This document shows, in pieces, positions 40,381 to 50,600 of a stretch of DNA of 64,000 bases. The stretch lies in the sequence record NC_070983.1; one strand, given 5' to 3'. A program made the position numbers and the translations under genes. This DNA is from Escherichia phage IME267. The notes below the pieces were generated by a model. The model was not told where the DNA came from. It ran no database searches and saw only the letters and a list, made by a program, of their open reading frames with translations. Within the stretch, counting starts at the first letter, position 1. Each line of letters begins with the position of its first letter.

Positions 40381-41311
40381 GGCTGCTTACCAATCATGTT
40401 GGAAACCAGAATATCCAGAGAAGATGATTGATCGGATTGGCTTTTCAGGGAATTCTTCAAAACATCCCTTAATGGCTTTCTTGGTTTCATCAGAAATTGA
40501 CTCTTTTTCACCAAACCAATATTCTTCAAAAATATCAGAGAAGATATAAGTTCGGTATCTTTCCAAGTCATAAAAACCTTCCACTGCACTTGTAACAGCT
40601 CTACTAATTACACTTGAAGCTACAGGAAATAAGTCACCGTGTTCCAGAAACAAGCACCAACGATCAAAGAGAGGAATCTCTTCATCTTTCAGAAGACTTT
40701 CTAACTCTTCCTTTGCCTCTTTCTTGTGCTTCTCAAAGAGGTTTTTGGAATACTCTACATCTAAGATACGACTTTTAAACATATCCAGTTTATTATTAAC
40801 CATTTTACAACCTCTAGTTAAATTCGAACTAGCCTCCTCTTTCGAAGAGGCTAAAGCAAATTATTCTACTTCGAAGTGTTTGATCACACCAGTCAGTACA
40901 TCAGATTGGAATGTACCAACTAGCTCTGTACCTCGGAAGAAGTTAACACTTGTTCCAAGTGATTCAAAGCGATCTGCTTGAATGTCCAGAGATTGAATAT
41001 TTCCTTCTGCTGACATTGTACGAAACATGATTGTGTATTTATTCACAGACTTGTTACTCCCTTATCTGCTTGTGCAATTGCGATGATACGCTCAGCACAT
41101 TCCATTGAATATTTATCACCTCGTTTGAGGAAGGTGATGATTGCAGAGAACTGATTACCAATCACTCTCTTATTTGTGATACCAAACTCTTCACAGAGTT
41201 GGTTGATAGCTTTACGAGAGCCTACAATCAGAGGCTCTTTTTCTTCGGTCATTCCACGGCTGATCAAATCTTCGATAGACAACATTACAAATTCCTTTTT
41301 GTTTAATTTAA

Positions 41312-42547
41312 TTACAGAGTTACTGCTACTTCGCTACCTTCAACATTGACAGACTCTAACTTGCGAGGGTTATGAATCTGGACTGGATTGACCGGAACGT
41401 TCCAACCACTGCGGTAGAAGTTACGACCATCACAGAACAGGATGACATTGGCAGACATTGCATTCGGTTGCAGGTTGTTGTGGACATGACGGATATTTGC
41501 AATCCAGTAGCCACGAGACAAAGTGTAGCCAGTAGGTGCATTACGAATAGTTTGAGTATTCATCTGACCTTCCAGTTGCATTTCTTCAGGAACCACATCA
41601 ACTGAATCAATCGGCTGTGCTACTTGTCCTTCCAGTGCAAAGTTTTCATCATCAGCACTTTCAATATCATCCACCAACTCACCGTCTCCATCTTCAATCG
41701 GAGTCTGGTAAACCACTTTATACTGAGGAGTATAGAGAGGGTTCTGAGCTTTAACAAACTCAAGAATGTTATGACGGTAGGTATCCAGAGTTGTACCAGT
41801 CAGGCCCGGTGCTGTATTAACTTCCAGTACCCACGCTTCTTGACCTTTGGTGATAATATCAACTGCACCGAAATCCAGACCTATTGATTCAACAGCTTTC
41901 ACTGCATTGATCAGAGAGGCGTCATTCGGAGCATCTGTGAAGGAGCTTGAGTAAACCCAGCCAGTGTGGTGATTACGAATATCTTCACGATAGTTAGGGT
42001 CTTCGCGATAACCATTGCGACGAATCTTCTTCTGAACATAGGTGATTACACCTTTGAACACATGGACACGCCACTCACGACGTGGGCCTTGAATGCCTTT
42101 AGTGTACAGTTCAGCTCGACCAAGACCATCACCCGGTTCTACAACAACAATGCCCGAACCAGAGTGACCAGTCAGCTCATGGCGCTCATACACAATATTA
42201 CCAGTGTTTGACCACTCTTGAGCAGTCTCTTGAACATCTGTGTATTCCACAGTTTTAACACCTGCTTGGTCCATCACGCTGAAAGCACGACGTTTGTTCG
42301 CTGCCATATGTAAGGCTGCGGTACGGTTAAGGACGGTTGCAGAACCAAAGAATGATTCAGGATAGCGACGGTTCCCGTAGTTAACAACCACATCACCTTC
42401 ACGAGAACGCCAGCGGCTATTCTCTGAAAGAAGACCCATCACGTTAGCATTGATTCGTTCATCACGGATAGTATCACTGATAGCAGATACTAGAGCGTTA
42501 ACAGAATCAGACGGGCCATACGGAAGAACACGGATACGAGTAGTCAT
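41312..42547 (-). CDS. ATP-grasp ligase, RimK-like
   Basis: …GHSGSGIVVV…, …EWRVHVFKG…, …FGAVDII…VLEVNTAPGL… ATP-grasp blocks. Confidence 0.6.
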   Translation of the reverse strand: MTTRIRVLPYGPSDSVNALVSAISDTIRDERINANVMGLLSENSRWRSREGDVVVNYGNRRYPESFFGSATVLNRTAALHMAANKRRAFSVMDQAGVKTVEYTDVQETAQEWSNTGNIVYERHELTGHSGSGIVVVEPGDGLGRAELYTKGIQGPRREWRVHVFKGVITYVQKKIRRNGYREDPNYREDIRNHHTGWVYSSSFTDAPNDASLINAVKAVESIGLDFGAVDIITKGQEAWVLEVNTAPGLTGTTLDTYRHNILEFVKAQNPLYTPQYKVVYQTPIEDGDGELVDDIESADDENFALEGQVAQPIDSVDVVPEEMQLEGQMNTQTIRNAPTGYTLSRGYWIANIRHVHNNLQPNAMSANVILFCDGRNFYRSGWNVPVNPVQIHNPRKLESVNVEGSEVAVTL

Positions 42548-42996
42548 TTTTAGATACCTTTTAGTTTAAGAATTTCGTTACGACAGGATTGAATTTTAGC
42601 TTCGATTGCCCAATACTCAGCGAACATTTCGTCTTCTTGGGCATCGCTTGGAGAGTCGATTAAGTTAAAAGCAAACGGATACAGCTTTCGCTGCTCCGTT
42701 ACCAGTTGTTGAAGTCGGAGTTGTTGATACTCCAGCATTGTCAGGTGAGGCTTAGCTCCCTTGCTTGACATGAGGCTCAACTTTAATCCCCTTCATTTTA
42801 ACATAGTCAGCCAACACGTTATTGATAACGGTTGGAAAAGGGATTTCTACTGGAGAGTCAACCAGCTTCCCAATACCTTCTTGCATCCACTTCTGGATTG
42901 CTCGGAGGTTATCACATCCTGTGCTTGTCATCGGAATACGGCGGGTAGTTACCACGTTATCCAACATCAGTTTACGAACTTCCATAACTATACCTC

Positions 42997-45030
42997 TTAG
43001 TGTTTACCTTTACAGTAATCTGAATTACAGATCACCCTGTTTTCTTTGTTCAGTGAGCAAGTTTCTGCATCACGCCACGGAATTTGTTTATAACAGACTG
43101 CACAAAACCCAATTGAAGTCCAGAGGGCTTTTGTAAACTCAGCTGTTCGTTGTCCATCGTAACTGACAACTGTTTTTCGGAGAGAGGTTGACTTTTCTGG
43201 AAATGTCTCCGCTTTCTCAGCGGGTACCTCCTTTGGGGCATTCTTTGGACCATAAACAGAGATGGCATAAGTATCACCACCACGTTTTTCCAAATACGAA
43301 TTAGGAACATCTGCAAGTGTGATGTCCCCTGAACGTTTTGCTGAGCTGACCATTACAATCATACGGCTAAGCATACGTTCATCAACACGAACAGCTACTT
43401 CAGGACGACGTGGGTTGGTTGTGTCTACTGCTTTAGTCCAAATATAACCTTCAGATAGAGTAACATTCTTTACTTTATCTTTGATTTCTTTGGAGCAGAT
43501 ATAACAAACGTCTTCACCACGAAGTTTACTCATTTCGTTGTCAAACTCGAAATCAGTCTTGACTTCACCACAGATAGCACATACACCCAAAGGCACATCT
43601 TCTTCCTCTTCAGAGGTTTTAGATAACGCTTCGAAGCATTCTGGATGCCAGTATGCCTGATAAGCAAACACAGCCTTACGAGCATCTTTCCAGTCAATGT
43701 GCTTATCACAACCACCACAGTCACCATGAGAGTGAGATTCCCAGAACTTACGAGTGACTTCTACACCATTCTTAGTGATGAAGGAGTCCTCTGCATCAAA
43801 AGGGATATCATCATCAAAATCAGCAGTAGTGCTTTGAGGCTCCTTATCTGTAGCATCAACAAACAGCCCTGAAGTTAGTACGAGGCGAATCATACTGTCC
43901 ACTTCGGAGATACAAGCAATCGTCCCGCGATATACTACCTTTGGGTTTTCAAGAGCCTTAAGATATTCATCTTTGGCTACGTTGTGAACATCCCCTTCGA
44001 CATACTCTTGAGCTTTATCATCGTAGATGTAACCAACCATCTTACCACGATCTGTGTTGTTATAAGCATGGAACTCGTGAGGAATAATATCCACACGACC
44101 ATCACGACGATAAGGAAGACCACGATCGGCAGCCAGTTTGTTCTGGTCTTCAATCGCTTTACGACGACGAATGTCTCCGCTTGTCACGCCGGGCTTGTCG
44201 TCTTTGTTTCCGTAAATGTCGCTTGTGCTGCTGCTTGATTTGTTTGTCTGTTGGTTCTGATAAAGAGAGGAGTTCGAGTAATAGCCGCCCCAGCGACTCG
44301 TTACCGTAAAAACCGGAAGCGTGTGCTCCACCTCTTGAACCAGAGTCATACGACTGTTAGACACATCAAAGATATACTCAGTTCCCACTTTACATTCGAA
44401 GTGGTCATTGATACGGTTCTTATGGGACTTAGAACGCTCTAAAATCCACATAAGCATAGCTTCTTCAGAAGCTCCAAACCAATCCAAACCACAGCGGGCT
44501 AGGTGGAAAGGACGCTCATCATTACGGATAATGTGAAGCGTGTTGTCTTTAGCATCATGCCAAATCAAAGTGAATGCACCATCCAGTTTTTGGATAGTCT
44601 CTGCTGCTCCAATGGTGTTAATTGAGTGGCAGATGTTTTCACTATCAACTTCGAAACGCTTACTGTCAGGAAGGAGATCTTGATCTAACAGGGTTCCATT
44701 ATGAACCAGAGTAATATCCCCGTGAGTAAATGGGTGAGCATTTCGAGCATTGACAGCCCCACGAGTGGCATGTCGGCTGTGACCAACAATCCACGAAGGA
44801 GGAACTACGTAGTTCGTAAGCCCTTTGGTAATATTTGTATATTCTGTCTGGAGCATAAAAGCATAAGAAGGAAGAGCTTCTTTATAAGAGAAGACTTGCT
44901 TTTCACCTTTACGCTGACCAAACACACCAGTTGAGTGCTGTCCACGGAAAACACCAGCATACAGAAGTTGGTTGAAAATGTCCAAATCTGCTGAGGTCAT
45001 GTTGCCGCCAGCTAATACGATACCACAAAT
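42997..45030 (-). CDS. Class-II glutamine amidotransferase-like (Ntn) domain fused to Cys-rich C-terminal region; probable ATT start
   Basis: CGIVLAGG…, …GHSRHATRG…, …NAHPF…, …VHNGTLLD…; C-terminus with several CxxC pairs. Confidence 0.6.
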   Translation of the reverse strand: MCGIVLAGGNMTSADLDIFNQLLYAGVFRGQHSTGVFGQRKGEKQVFSYKEALPSYAFMLQTEYTNITKGLTNYVVPPSWIVGHSRHATRGAVNARNAHPFTHGDITLVHNGTLLDQDLLPDSKRFEVDSENICHSINTIGAAETIQKLDGAFTLIWHDAKDNTLHIIRNDERPFHLARCGLDWFGASEEAMLMWILERSKSHKNRINDHFECKVGTEYIFDVSNSRMTLVQEVEHTLPVFTVTSRWGGYYSNSSLYQNQQTNKSSSSTSDIYGNKDDKPGVTSGDIRRRKAIEDQNKLAADRGLPYRRDGRVDIIPHEFHAYNNTDRGKMVGYIYDDKAQEYVEGDVHNVAKDEYLKALENPKVVYRGTIACISEVDSMIRLVLTSGLFVDATDKEPQSTTADFDDDIPFDAEDSFITKNGVEVTRKFWESHSHGDCGGCDKHIDWKDARKAVFAYQAYWHPECFEALSKTSEEEEDVPLGVCAICGEVKTDFEFDNEMSKLRGEDVCYICSKEIKDKVKNVTLSEGYIWTKAVDTTNPRRPEVAVRVDERMLSRMIVMVSSAKRSGDITLADVPNSYLEKRGGDTYAISVYGPKNAPKEVPAEKAETFPEKSTSLRKTVVSYDGQRTAEFTKALWTSIGFCAVCYKQIPWRDAETCSLNKENRVICNSDYCKGKH

Positions 45031-45107
45031 TTTCTAATCCACCTGAAGGGTAAACCCTTTCATCTAATTAACCTTTAAATGCGCCCTGTATAAGAGCGCC
45101 CGTTGTG

Positions 45108-46208
45108 TTACAGCAGTCGTTCTAATTGCATTTCCAGATGGTCTGGAATATAACCAGTGACGTTATCATCACTGCTACCTGATTCACGCATCAATGCAAA
45201 CATGTGACGAATTTCACGAACCGTTGCGATTCGAGTGCTTTCAATCTGAGGGGTGTAGTAGGTCATGATCTCTTCGTAGACACTGTTGGCATTACCGCGC
45301 ACATATCCCAAGAAACCATAGAAGTCATTCATATCACGTAAGTTGATAAGGACTTCACCATCAGGGCCAGTCTGTTGCACACGAACACGACCAACCAAAG
45401 TCACAGATTGCTCACGACAGAAGAGAATATCACGAGCAAGACGATACCCTTCAGTGAGATCACTGTCTCTTGGAGTATAGTCTAGGGGTAGATGTTGAAT
45501 CATAGGAGCGAAGCGCAGCTCATTCAACTTCTCAACATAAGCTTCATTGTCTAAATCTGCATATTCAACAGCCAGTTTCTTGAGAACCAAGAAGCGGTTG
45601 ACCAGATTCAGAAGTTGGCTCTTTTTCCACTTCGGCTCTGAGATACGGAACTCAACAGAACCAAATTGAGATAGAGGCAAAAGATTAAGGGAGGTATATT
45701 TATCCCAGCTATTAACAAGAGAGTGGAAGAAAGCTTCCCCGTCTCGGTTGAACGCTGACGAAGCATTCATAACTTGTGCTTGAACGACAGCAAAAGCTGG
45801 ACAGAAGTTGCTACGATAGCGATGGTATCCAGAACATTTGAACATCATCTTTTCATAGAACGTCCATCCAAGAATAACTTTCTTAAGGATATTACTATCA
45901 GCGTCACGCATATCCATATGAACGTGAGTGGAGCAGCGCCAAGTTCCCTCGGCTCCAGAATCCTGTACTGCTTCACTCAGATTGTTAATAGCACGAAGTA
46001 ATTCTTCACCGTTGTAAGGTCGTGCACACACTAATTCACAACCATCACGAAGAGAGCCATCTTCAGTACAAACCCACATATCAGCGTCAATATCAGTTGT
46101 ACCTTCGACTTCTAACTCAATACCAACACCACACTGAAAAGCAATACTTGGATGCGGTTCAGATAAGCGAGGGTTACGGTATCCAAAAACTTGTGCTACG
46201 GTTGTCAT
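45108..46208 (-). CDS. GS/GCS2-like carboxylate-amine ligase (amidoligase)
   Basis: …GVGIELEVEG… and …CSTHVHMD… resemble GCS2/YbdK-type metal-binding motifs. Confidence 0.5.
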   Translation of the reverse strand: MTTVAQVFGYRNPRLSEPHPSIAFQCGVGIELEVEGTTDIDADMWVCTEDGSLRDGCELVCARPYNGEELLRAINNLSEAVQDSGAEGTWRCSTHVHMDMRDADSNILKKVILGWTFYEKMMFKCSGYHRYRSNFCPAFAVVQAQVMNASSAFNRDGEAFFHSLVNSWDKYTSLNLLPLSQFGSVEFRISEPKWKKSQLLNLVNRFLVLKKLAVEYADLDNEAYVEKLNELRFAPMIQHLPLDYTPRDSDLTEGYRLARDILFCREQSVTLVGRVRVQQTGPDGEVLINLRDMNDFYGFLGYVRGNANSVYEEIMTYYTPQIESTRIATVREIRHMFALMRESGSSDDNVTGYIPDHLEMQLERLL

Positions 46209-46831
46209 AATGATTCCACCAACTCTACATTATATGATGACAGGTCTGAAGAAATATGCTTGAACTTCTCCAGAAGGTTTAAAGATTGACGACCATTGTC
46301 GCCATAACCAGCTTCAAGAAGCACGTTTCCAACGTAAGCTCCTTTGTAATAAACTTTTCCATCGACAGGGTTGATATAGATGAAACGAGTAACCAACCCT
46401 TCAAACTCTGGATTAAACAGGTTGTACACCAAATCACCCGGAATCGAACGTCCGAGAGAAGGTGGAGTACCACGAAGTTTATTCCCCATCAATCCTTTAG
46501 CTCGCTGACGAACAGGGTTGATATGGGTCCAGCTCACCATGTTATTACCATGCTGAAGGTATCCTACATCTGGAGACTCCAGAATGAGGCTGTGATCAAA
46601 CACTGGGATATTACTAACAATCTGACGTTCAAACTGACCTTCGGAGTTTTTAGTCCAGCGTTCCGCCTCAAACACTAAAGACATTTCAGCGTCGTGTGAG
46701 TAGTCGTCAATATCAAAGTTACCTTGCTGACGAACATCAAGCACATATAGAGGGAGGTTTTTACCATCAGGTGATCGCTGAGCAATCCATGTTCCACAAT
46801 AATAGTGTTGAAAATCTCTTAACAAGCTCAC
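46205..46831 (-). CDS. Hypothetical protein within the amidoligase cluster
   Basis: 208-aa ORF coupled to neighbours. Confidence 0.35.
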   Translation of the reverse strand: MSLLRDFQHYYCGTWIAQRSPDGKNLPLYVLDVRQQGNFDIDDYSHDAEMSLVFEAERWTKNSEGQFERQIVSNIPVFDHSLILESPDVGYLQHGNNMVSWTHINPVRQRAKGLMGNKLRGTPPSLGRSIPGDLVYNLFNPEFEGLVTRFIYINPVDGKVYYKGAYVGNVLLEAGYGDNGRQSLNLLEKFKHISSDLSSYNVELVESL

Positions 46832-46840
46832 AATATCACC

Positions 46841-47647
46841 TTATACAATCTGGAGTTTAGAGGAGAATTTATCCGCTTCTTTAACATCGTTACTGTTGAT
46901 GATGTTGTGAAGCTTTTCAATTGGAAGGCGAGAGTGAAGTGACATCAATACTTCCATATCACAGCCTTGAACAACCTTATCAACTTGCTCATAAACAAAC
47001 TTGCGGGTTGACTTCTCGCCAATCCAGAAGTTAGAAAGAGAACGATATTCAATGCCGTAATCCTTGTAACGAATAGCAGAAGCCTTTCCGTATAACTCTT
47101 TACGACGAGTGTCTTTATCCATGATCACAGCTGGCAAGGACAGGAAGTAATCACACAACACACCCAACATCATTTGAGTCTGACGACTAATTTCCAGCGT
47201 ACCAGCGACGCCAAGGTGAACGTGACCGCCAGCAGTACGCAGACCTTTGTCTGTCGCTACTGGTGAAGGGTTCTTTTGTCCAGTGAAGGCATTGAAATCA
47301 GGAGTACAACCAAATACAAAGGCTGACGGATGGAAAGATTCCAGCTCTTCTGAAGTGAACACATGAGAGCTAATCCCAAGTGCTGCCTCCATGCCACGTT
47401 CATTGAGAACTTTGTTAGTCAGATCAATACCACGCTGAATGTTATCATTAAACGCTTCAAACCCTTTCTGTGGGTTAATATCAAACTCGGCCAGAACGTT
47501 GTCTTCTTGAAGACGAACATCAGGAGCCAGATCAATTTTATTATCTTTAGAACAGCCCAGCTTACCAGCCACAGAGGTGATAATACCGGAAGCAGTACGA
47601 ACAAACATTTCAGGGTCAGAGCCAATAAGGAAAGCGCGCTTAGTCAT
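46841..47647 (-). CDS. Second GS/GCS2-like amidoligase-type protein (tentative)
   Basis: …IGSDPEMFV… and …GGHVHLG…; start set to MTKRAFL with GGAG RBS. Confidence 0.4.
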   Translation of the reverse strand: MTKRAFLIGSDPEMFVRTASGIITSVAGKLGCSKDNKIDLAPDVRLQEDNVLAEFDINPQKGFEAFNDNIQRGIDLTNKVLNERGMEAALGISSHVFTSEELESFHPSAFVFGCTPDFNAFTGQKNPSPVATDKGLRTAGGHVHLGVAGTLEISRQTQMMLGVLCDYFLSLPAVIMDKDTRRKELYGKASAIRYKDYGIEYRSLSNFWIGEKSTRKFVYEQVDKVVQGCDMEVLMSLHSRLPIEKLHNIINSNDVKEADKFSSKLQIV

Positions 47648-48590
47648 TGTAATACTCCACGAGTTCATCAAAAAGGGAAACAACACGAGCACCAGCTTCT
47701 TCTGGTGTCATTGAGGAAGGTACTGCTTGCATCAGACGTTCGATAAAACTTTGAACAGTAATTCTGTCCATACGCTGATCTAATACTTCTCGCTTGTGGC
47801 CTGCACAAGTTGACCAGAGACGTAACCACTCACTCATACTCTCATAATGGTCAGGGTCTTGGTCACGACGACGTGCCATACGACGGAGAACTCCATCATT
47901 ATGGTTTCGTACATAACCATCTCGGTTGTCATCAACACCGAATACATTCTGAACCCATACGTTTTCAGAAAATTCATCAGTGGTGCAAATTAATGGCAGA
48001 AATGCAATTGCACTCATGTCGCCATCAAAATAAGTCGCTGCTGACTCATCGGTTGAGTCTACGTCATTACTATAACACCAGCGACCAAAGAAGTTACGAC
48101 TTAAACCAGCTAAGCGTAGAGCTAAACCGATTCGTTGTCGCTTAAGCAACTCTTCCTTGTCTTGTACGCCTTCCTGAAGGAACTCCATTCCATTAAAATC
48201 ACCATCCAAATAGCTACGGATGGTCATTAGTCCAGTAAACACCTTATCTGCTGGATGGTTTCGAAGGTTCACGGCAATAGAGTTCACCGAAGTGACAGAG
48301 AACATATCTTTATAGCAAGACATTGAGTTAAAAATGTCTGTTGCTTCAACTAAAGCTCTTTCGATATCTTTAGCTGGTACGCCATAAAAATTGTGAGGCC
48401 AGAAGTTAATAACTTCAATTTCTGAAGTTCTGTCACGAAGGCTTGTTCGGTTACGACTTTCACCGTTAATGTCTGTAACAGAATACATGTGCATACAGTT
48501 AAAAGTACCAAAGCAAGCTCTTCCTTTGAACACTGACTCACCGAAATCCTCTGCCGGTGTTACCGGAGCAATCGATGCGGAGATTGACAT
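47640..48590 (-). CDS. Hypothetical protein within the amidoligase cluster
   Basis: 316-aa ORF, no recognisable motif. Confidence 0.35.
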   Translation of the reverse strand: MSISASIAPVTPAEDFGESVFKGRACFGTFNCMHMYSVTDINGESRNRTSLRDRTSEIEVINFWPHNFYGVPAKDIERALVEATDIFNSMSCYKDMFSVTSVNSIAVNLRNHPADKVFTGLMTIRSYLDGDFNGMEFLQEGVQDKEELLKRQRIGLALRLAGLSRNFFGRWCYSNDVDSTDESAATYFDGDMSAIAFLPLICTTDEFSENVWVQNVFGVDDNRDGYVRNHNDGVLRRMARRRDQDPDHYESMSEWLRLWSTCAGHKREVLDQRMDRITVQSFIERLMQAVPSSMTPEEAGARVVSLFDELVEYYND

Positions 48591-48598
48591 ATTCGCCT

Positions 48599-49816
48599 CT
48601 ATTTATTAAAGAATAATTTTTCCATAATGGTTTCCCACTCTTCTGAGGGGAGGGTTGAGAACCCGTTTCCGTGAAGCCTGTTTGTCATGCAACTAATAAT
48701 ATTGTACATGTTGTAGCTTCGGGTGGATTCTGTTCCATTGTTCCAGTTATAACCGAAAACAATTTTATCGAAGGAGGTTTTATCCGTAGTTACTTCTCGG
48801 ATAAACTCAACCAAGAGCGATTTCTCTGTGATGACCGCACGTTCACCATCTGGCAGATTGCAATACTGAGGAAGAAGGATTGGTAAGAACATCGAATTGT
48901 TCACTCGACAATCACGAACACCTTCACTGCGATAGATTAGGCTTGAGAAGTCTTCATCACGCAGGTGTCCTTCACCTTCAGTGTATTCACACTGTCGCCA
49001 CTTGGTCTGGCGAGGCTCAATCATTGTACTACCAACGCCTACTGTATACAGAGACGCTTGGAAAATACATGAATCGTAATCATTCCCTGTTAAAGCAACT
49101 TGCTCGTTGCCGAACACATCCACTGAAGAGTTAATCAGTCGGCTGAATGCAAGAGAGGCTAGTGGAGACCAACCTTTCTTATACATCTTGTTCAGCATTT
49201 CATACACAGCAGATTTTTCATCATCTGTATAGAATGTACGATTCAGCATCAGATAGAACAGAGCGCGATCAGCAGGACAACCATCAGTACAAACACCCAT
49301 GAATCCTACTTCATGCCATACCAGACATGAGTCAGAATCTTTATCCATGAATGCTTCAAAGGCTTCCATTACAGCCCTGTCAGTAACATCAGGACGGTTG
49401 TTTTCTTCTGCCCATGTTTCTACATGAGAAGGAGGACGAGGGTCTCCATTCTCCACCCCTTCGCGGAAATATTGAGTGGTAATAGGCTTTTTATCACCAT
49501 AACGTTTTACACCATAAGCGGGAAGGTGTGTACCAGAGTTCCAGATGTACTTAATTTCGGACATAGGCATCATGTTTTCGAGAACGTTCTCTTCAGCAGT
49601 GCCTTGACGAACCATCATATTTTCACTCCACACCTTAATGCGGATATTCCAGCCGTAGTTGCTGTCATACGTGTTATAATAATCAGGATCACCATCTTCA
49701 TCTTCATCATAATCACCACCCTGATAGTAACCTGCTTTCAGGAAACCATAACAAGGAGGCCAGACGGTTACAACATCATCTGATTCTTTCCAGCTTTGAA
49801 GTGTTACAGGGAACAT
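48599..49816 (-). CDS. Hypothetical protein within the amidoligase cluster
   Basis: 405-aa ORF with acidic Tyr-rich N-terminus. Confidence 0.35.
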   Translation of the reverse strand: MFPVTLQSWKESDDVVTVWPPCYGFLKAGYYQGGDYDEDEDGDPDYYNTYDSNYGWNIRIKVWSENMMVRQGTAEENVLENMMPMSEIKYIWNSGTHLPAYGVKRYGDKKPITTQYFREGVENGDPRPPSHVETWAEENNRPDVTDRAVMEAFEAFMDKDSDSCLVWHEVGFMGVCTDGCPADRALFYLMLNRTFYTDDEKSAVYEMLNKMYKKGWSPLASLAFSRLINSSVDVFGNEQVALTGNDYDSCIFQASLYTVGVGSTMIEPRQTKWRQCEYTEGEGHLRDEDFSSLIYRSEGVRDCRVNNSMFLPILLPQYCNLPDGERAVITEKSLLVEFIREVTTDKTSFDKIVFGYNWNNGTESTRSYNMYNIISCMTNRLHGNGFSTLPSEEWETIMEKLFFNK

Positions 49817-49827
49817 CTTTTACCTCT

Positions 49828-50190
49828 TTACTCTGCTACCAAAAGGCTCAGAGATTTGCGAATGTAGTCAATACTACGGAAGTTTCGATAACTCTCTTGG
49901 AAGCGCATCTTTTCAAACTCTGCTTCCTGAAGCTCTACCTCTGCTGCTTTATATCCTGATAAAGCTAAACTTACCACATCCTGAGGTAAGGTATTACGAC
50001 GGCGAATAAGATATTTATTCGCTTTTAGTTTACCTTGTGCACGAGCCATTTTGGCCTTTGCCGCCTTGATACCATGAGAAATCCAAAGCAGTTGCTGTTT
50101 CAGATCTTCCTCATCCATACCACCTAAATCATTTGCTACTTTATGCAGCGTAGACAGGTTCACATGGCCTTTAATGGGGCGTAGGTTCAT
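49828..50190 (-). CDS. Hypothetical protein
   Basis: 120-aa helical ORF; start overlaps stop of upstream small ORF (ATGA). Confidence 0.35.
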   Translation of the reverse strand: MNLRPIKGHVNLSTLHKVANDLGGMDEEDLKQQLLWISHGIKAAKAKMARAQGKLKANKYLIRRRNTLPQDVVSLALSGYKAAEVELQEAEFEKMRFQESYRNFRSIDYIRKSLSLLVAE

Positions 50191-50354
50191 AACTTCTCCT
50201 GTTTGTCACATTGATTGGTTAGCCAGTTGTAAGACCCACTGTTGTTCTTGCTTAACTCGCAAGATGCAAAAGAGTACATCCTGACAAACCCCACAGTGGC
50301 TAAGCAAATAAAGATTGCTGCCAATAAGAATTTAGCTTTCAACTTATTATCCAT
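50187..50354 (-). CDS. Small signal-peptide protein (55 aa), not in the ORF track
   Basis: Translated by hand: MDNKLKAKFLLAAIFICLATVGFV…; AAGAAGAGG RBS; ATGA coupling to next gene. Confidence 0.35.
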   Translation of the reverse strand: MDNKLKAKFLLAAIFICLATVGFVRMYSFASCELSKNNSGSYNWLTNQCDKQEKL

Positions 50355-50372
50355 ACAACCTCTTCTTTGAGC

Positions 50373-50400
50373 TTAAAAAAGGACTCTCCTAAGAGAGCCA
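50373..50400 (-). terminator. Terminator-like hairpin on - strand followed by U6
   Basis: GGCTCTC-TTAG-GAGAGTCC then TTTTTT on - strand. Confidence 0.4.
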
Positions 50401-50489
50401 AGCTTTAAGGCCAATTAAATAGATATCACCCAATATCTGTGGATAACCTGCTCTTAAAATATTCTATCCGACGGATGTTCGAGGATTAT

Positions 50490-50600
50490 TCCTCTCCCTA
50501 GCATCGGCCCCATACGGGAAAGATTAAATTAAGTTTAGGTTAGTTGAGCCAGAATAGCTCACATAGCCCTCTGATACTCACAAGGGCTATAGATGTTACT
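50490..50600. repeat. Copy 1 of ~110-nt repeated element with conserved hairpin, immediately 3' of paralog gene 50596..50844
   Basis: Blocks tctccctagc…tagttgagtgag…ctcacATAGCCCTctgatactcacaAGGGCTATa…gatgttact shared with 56030..56150. Confidence 0.6.
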
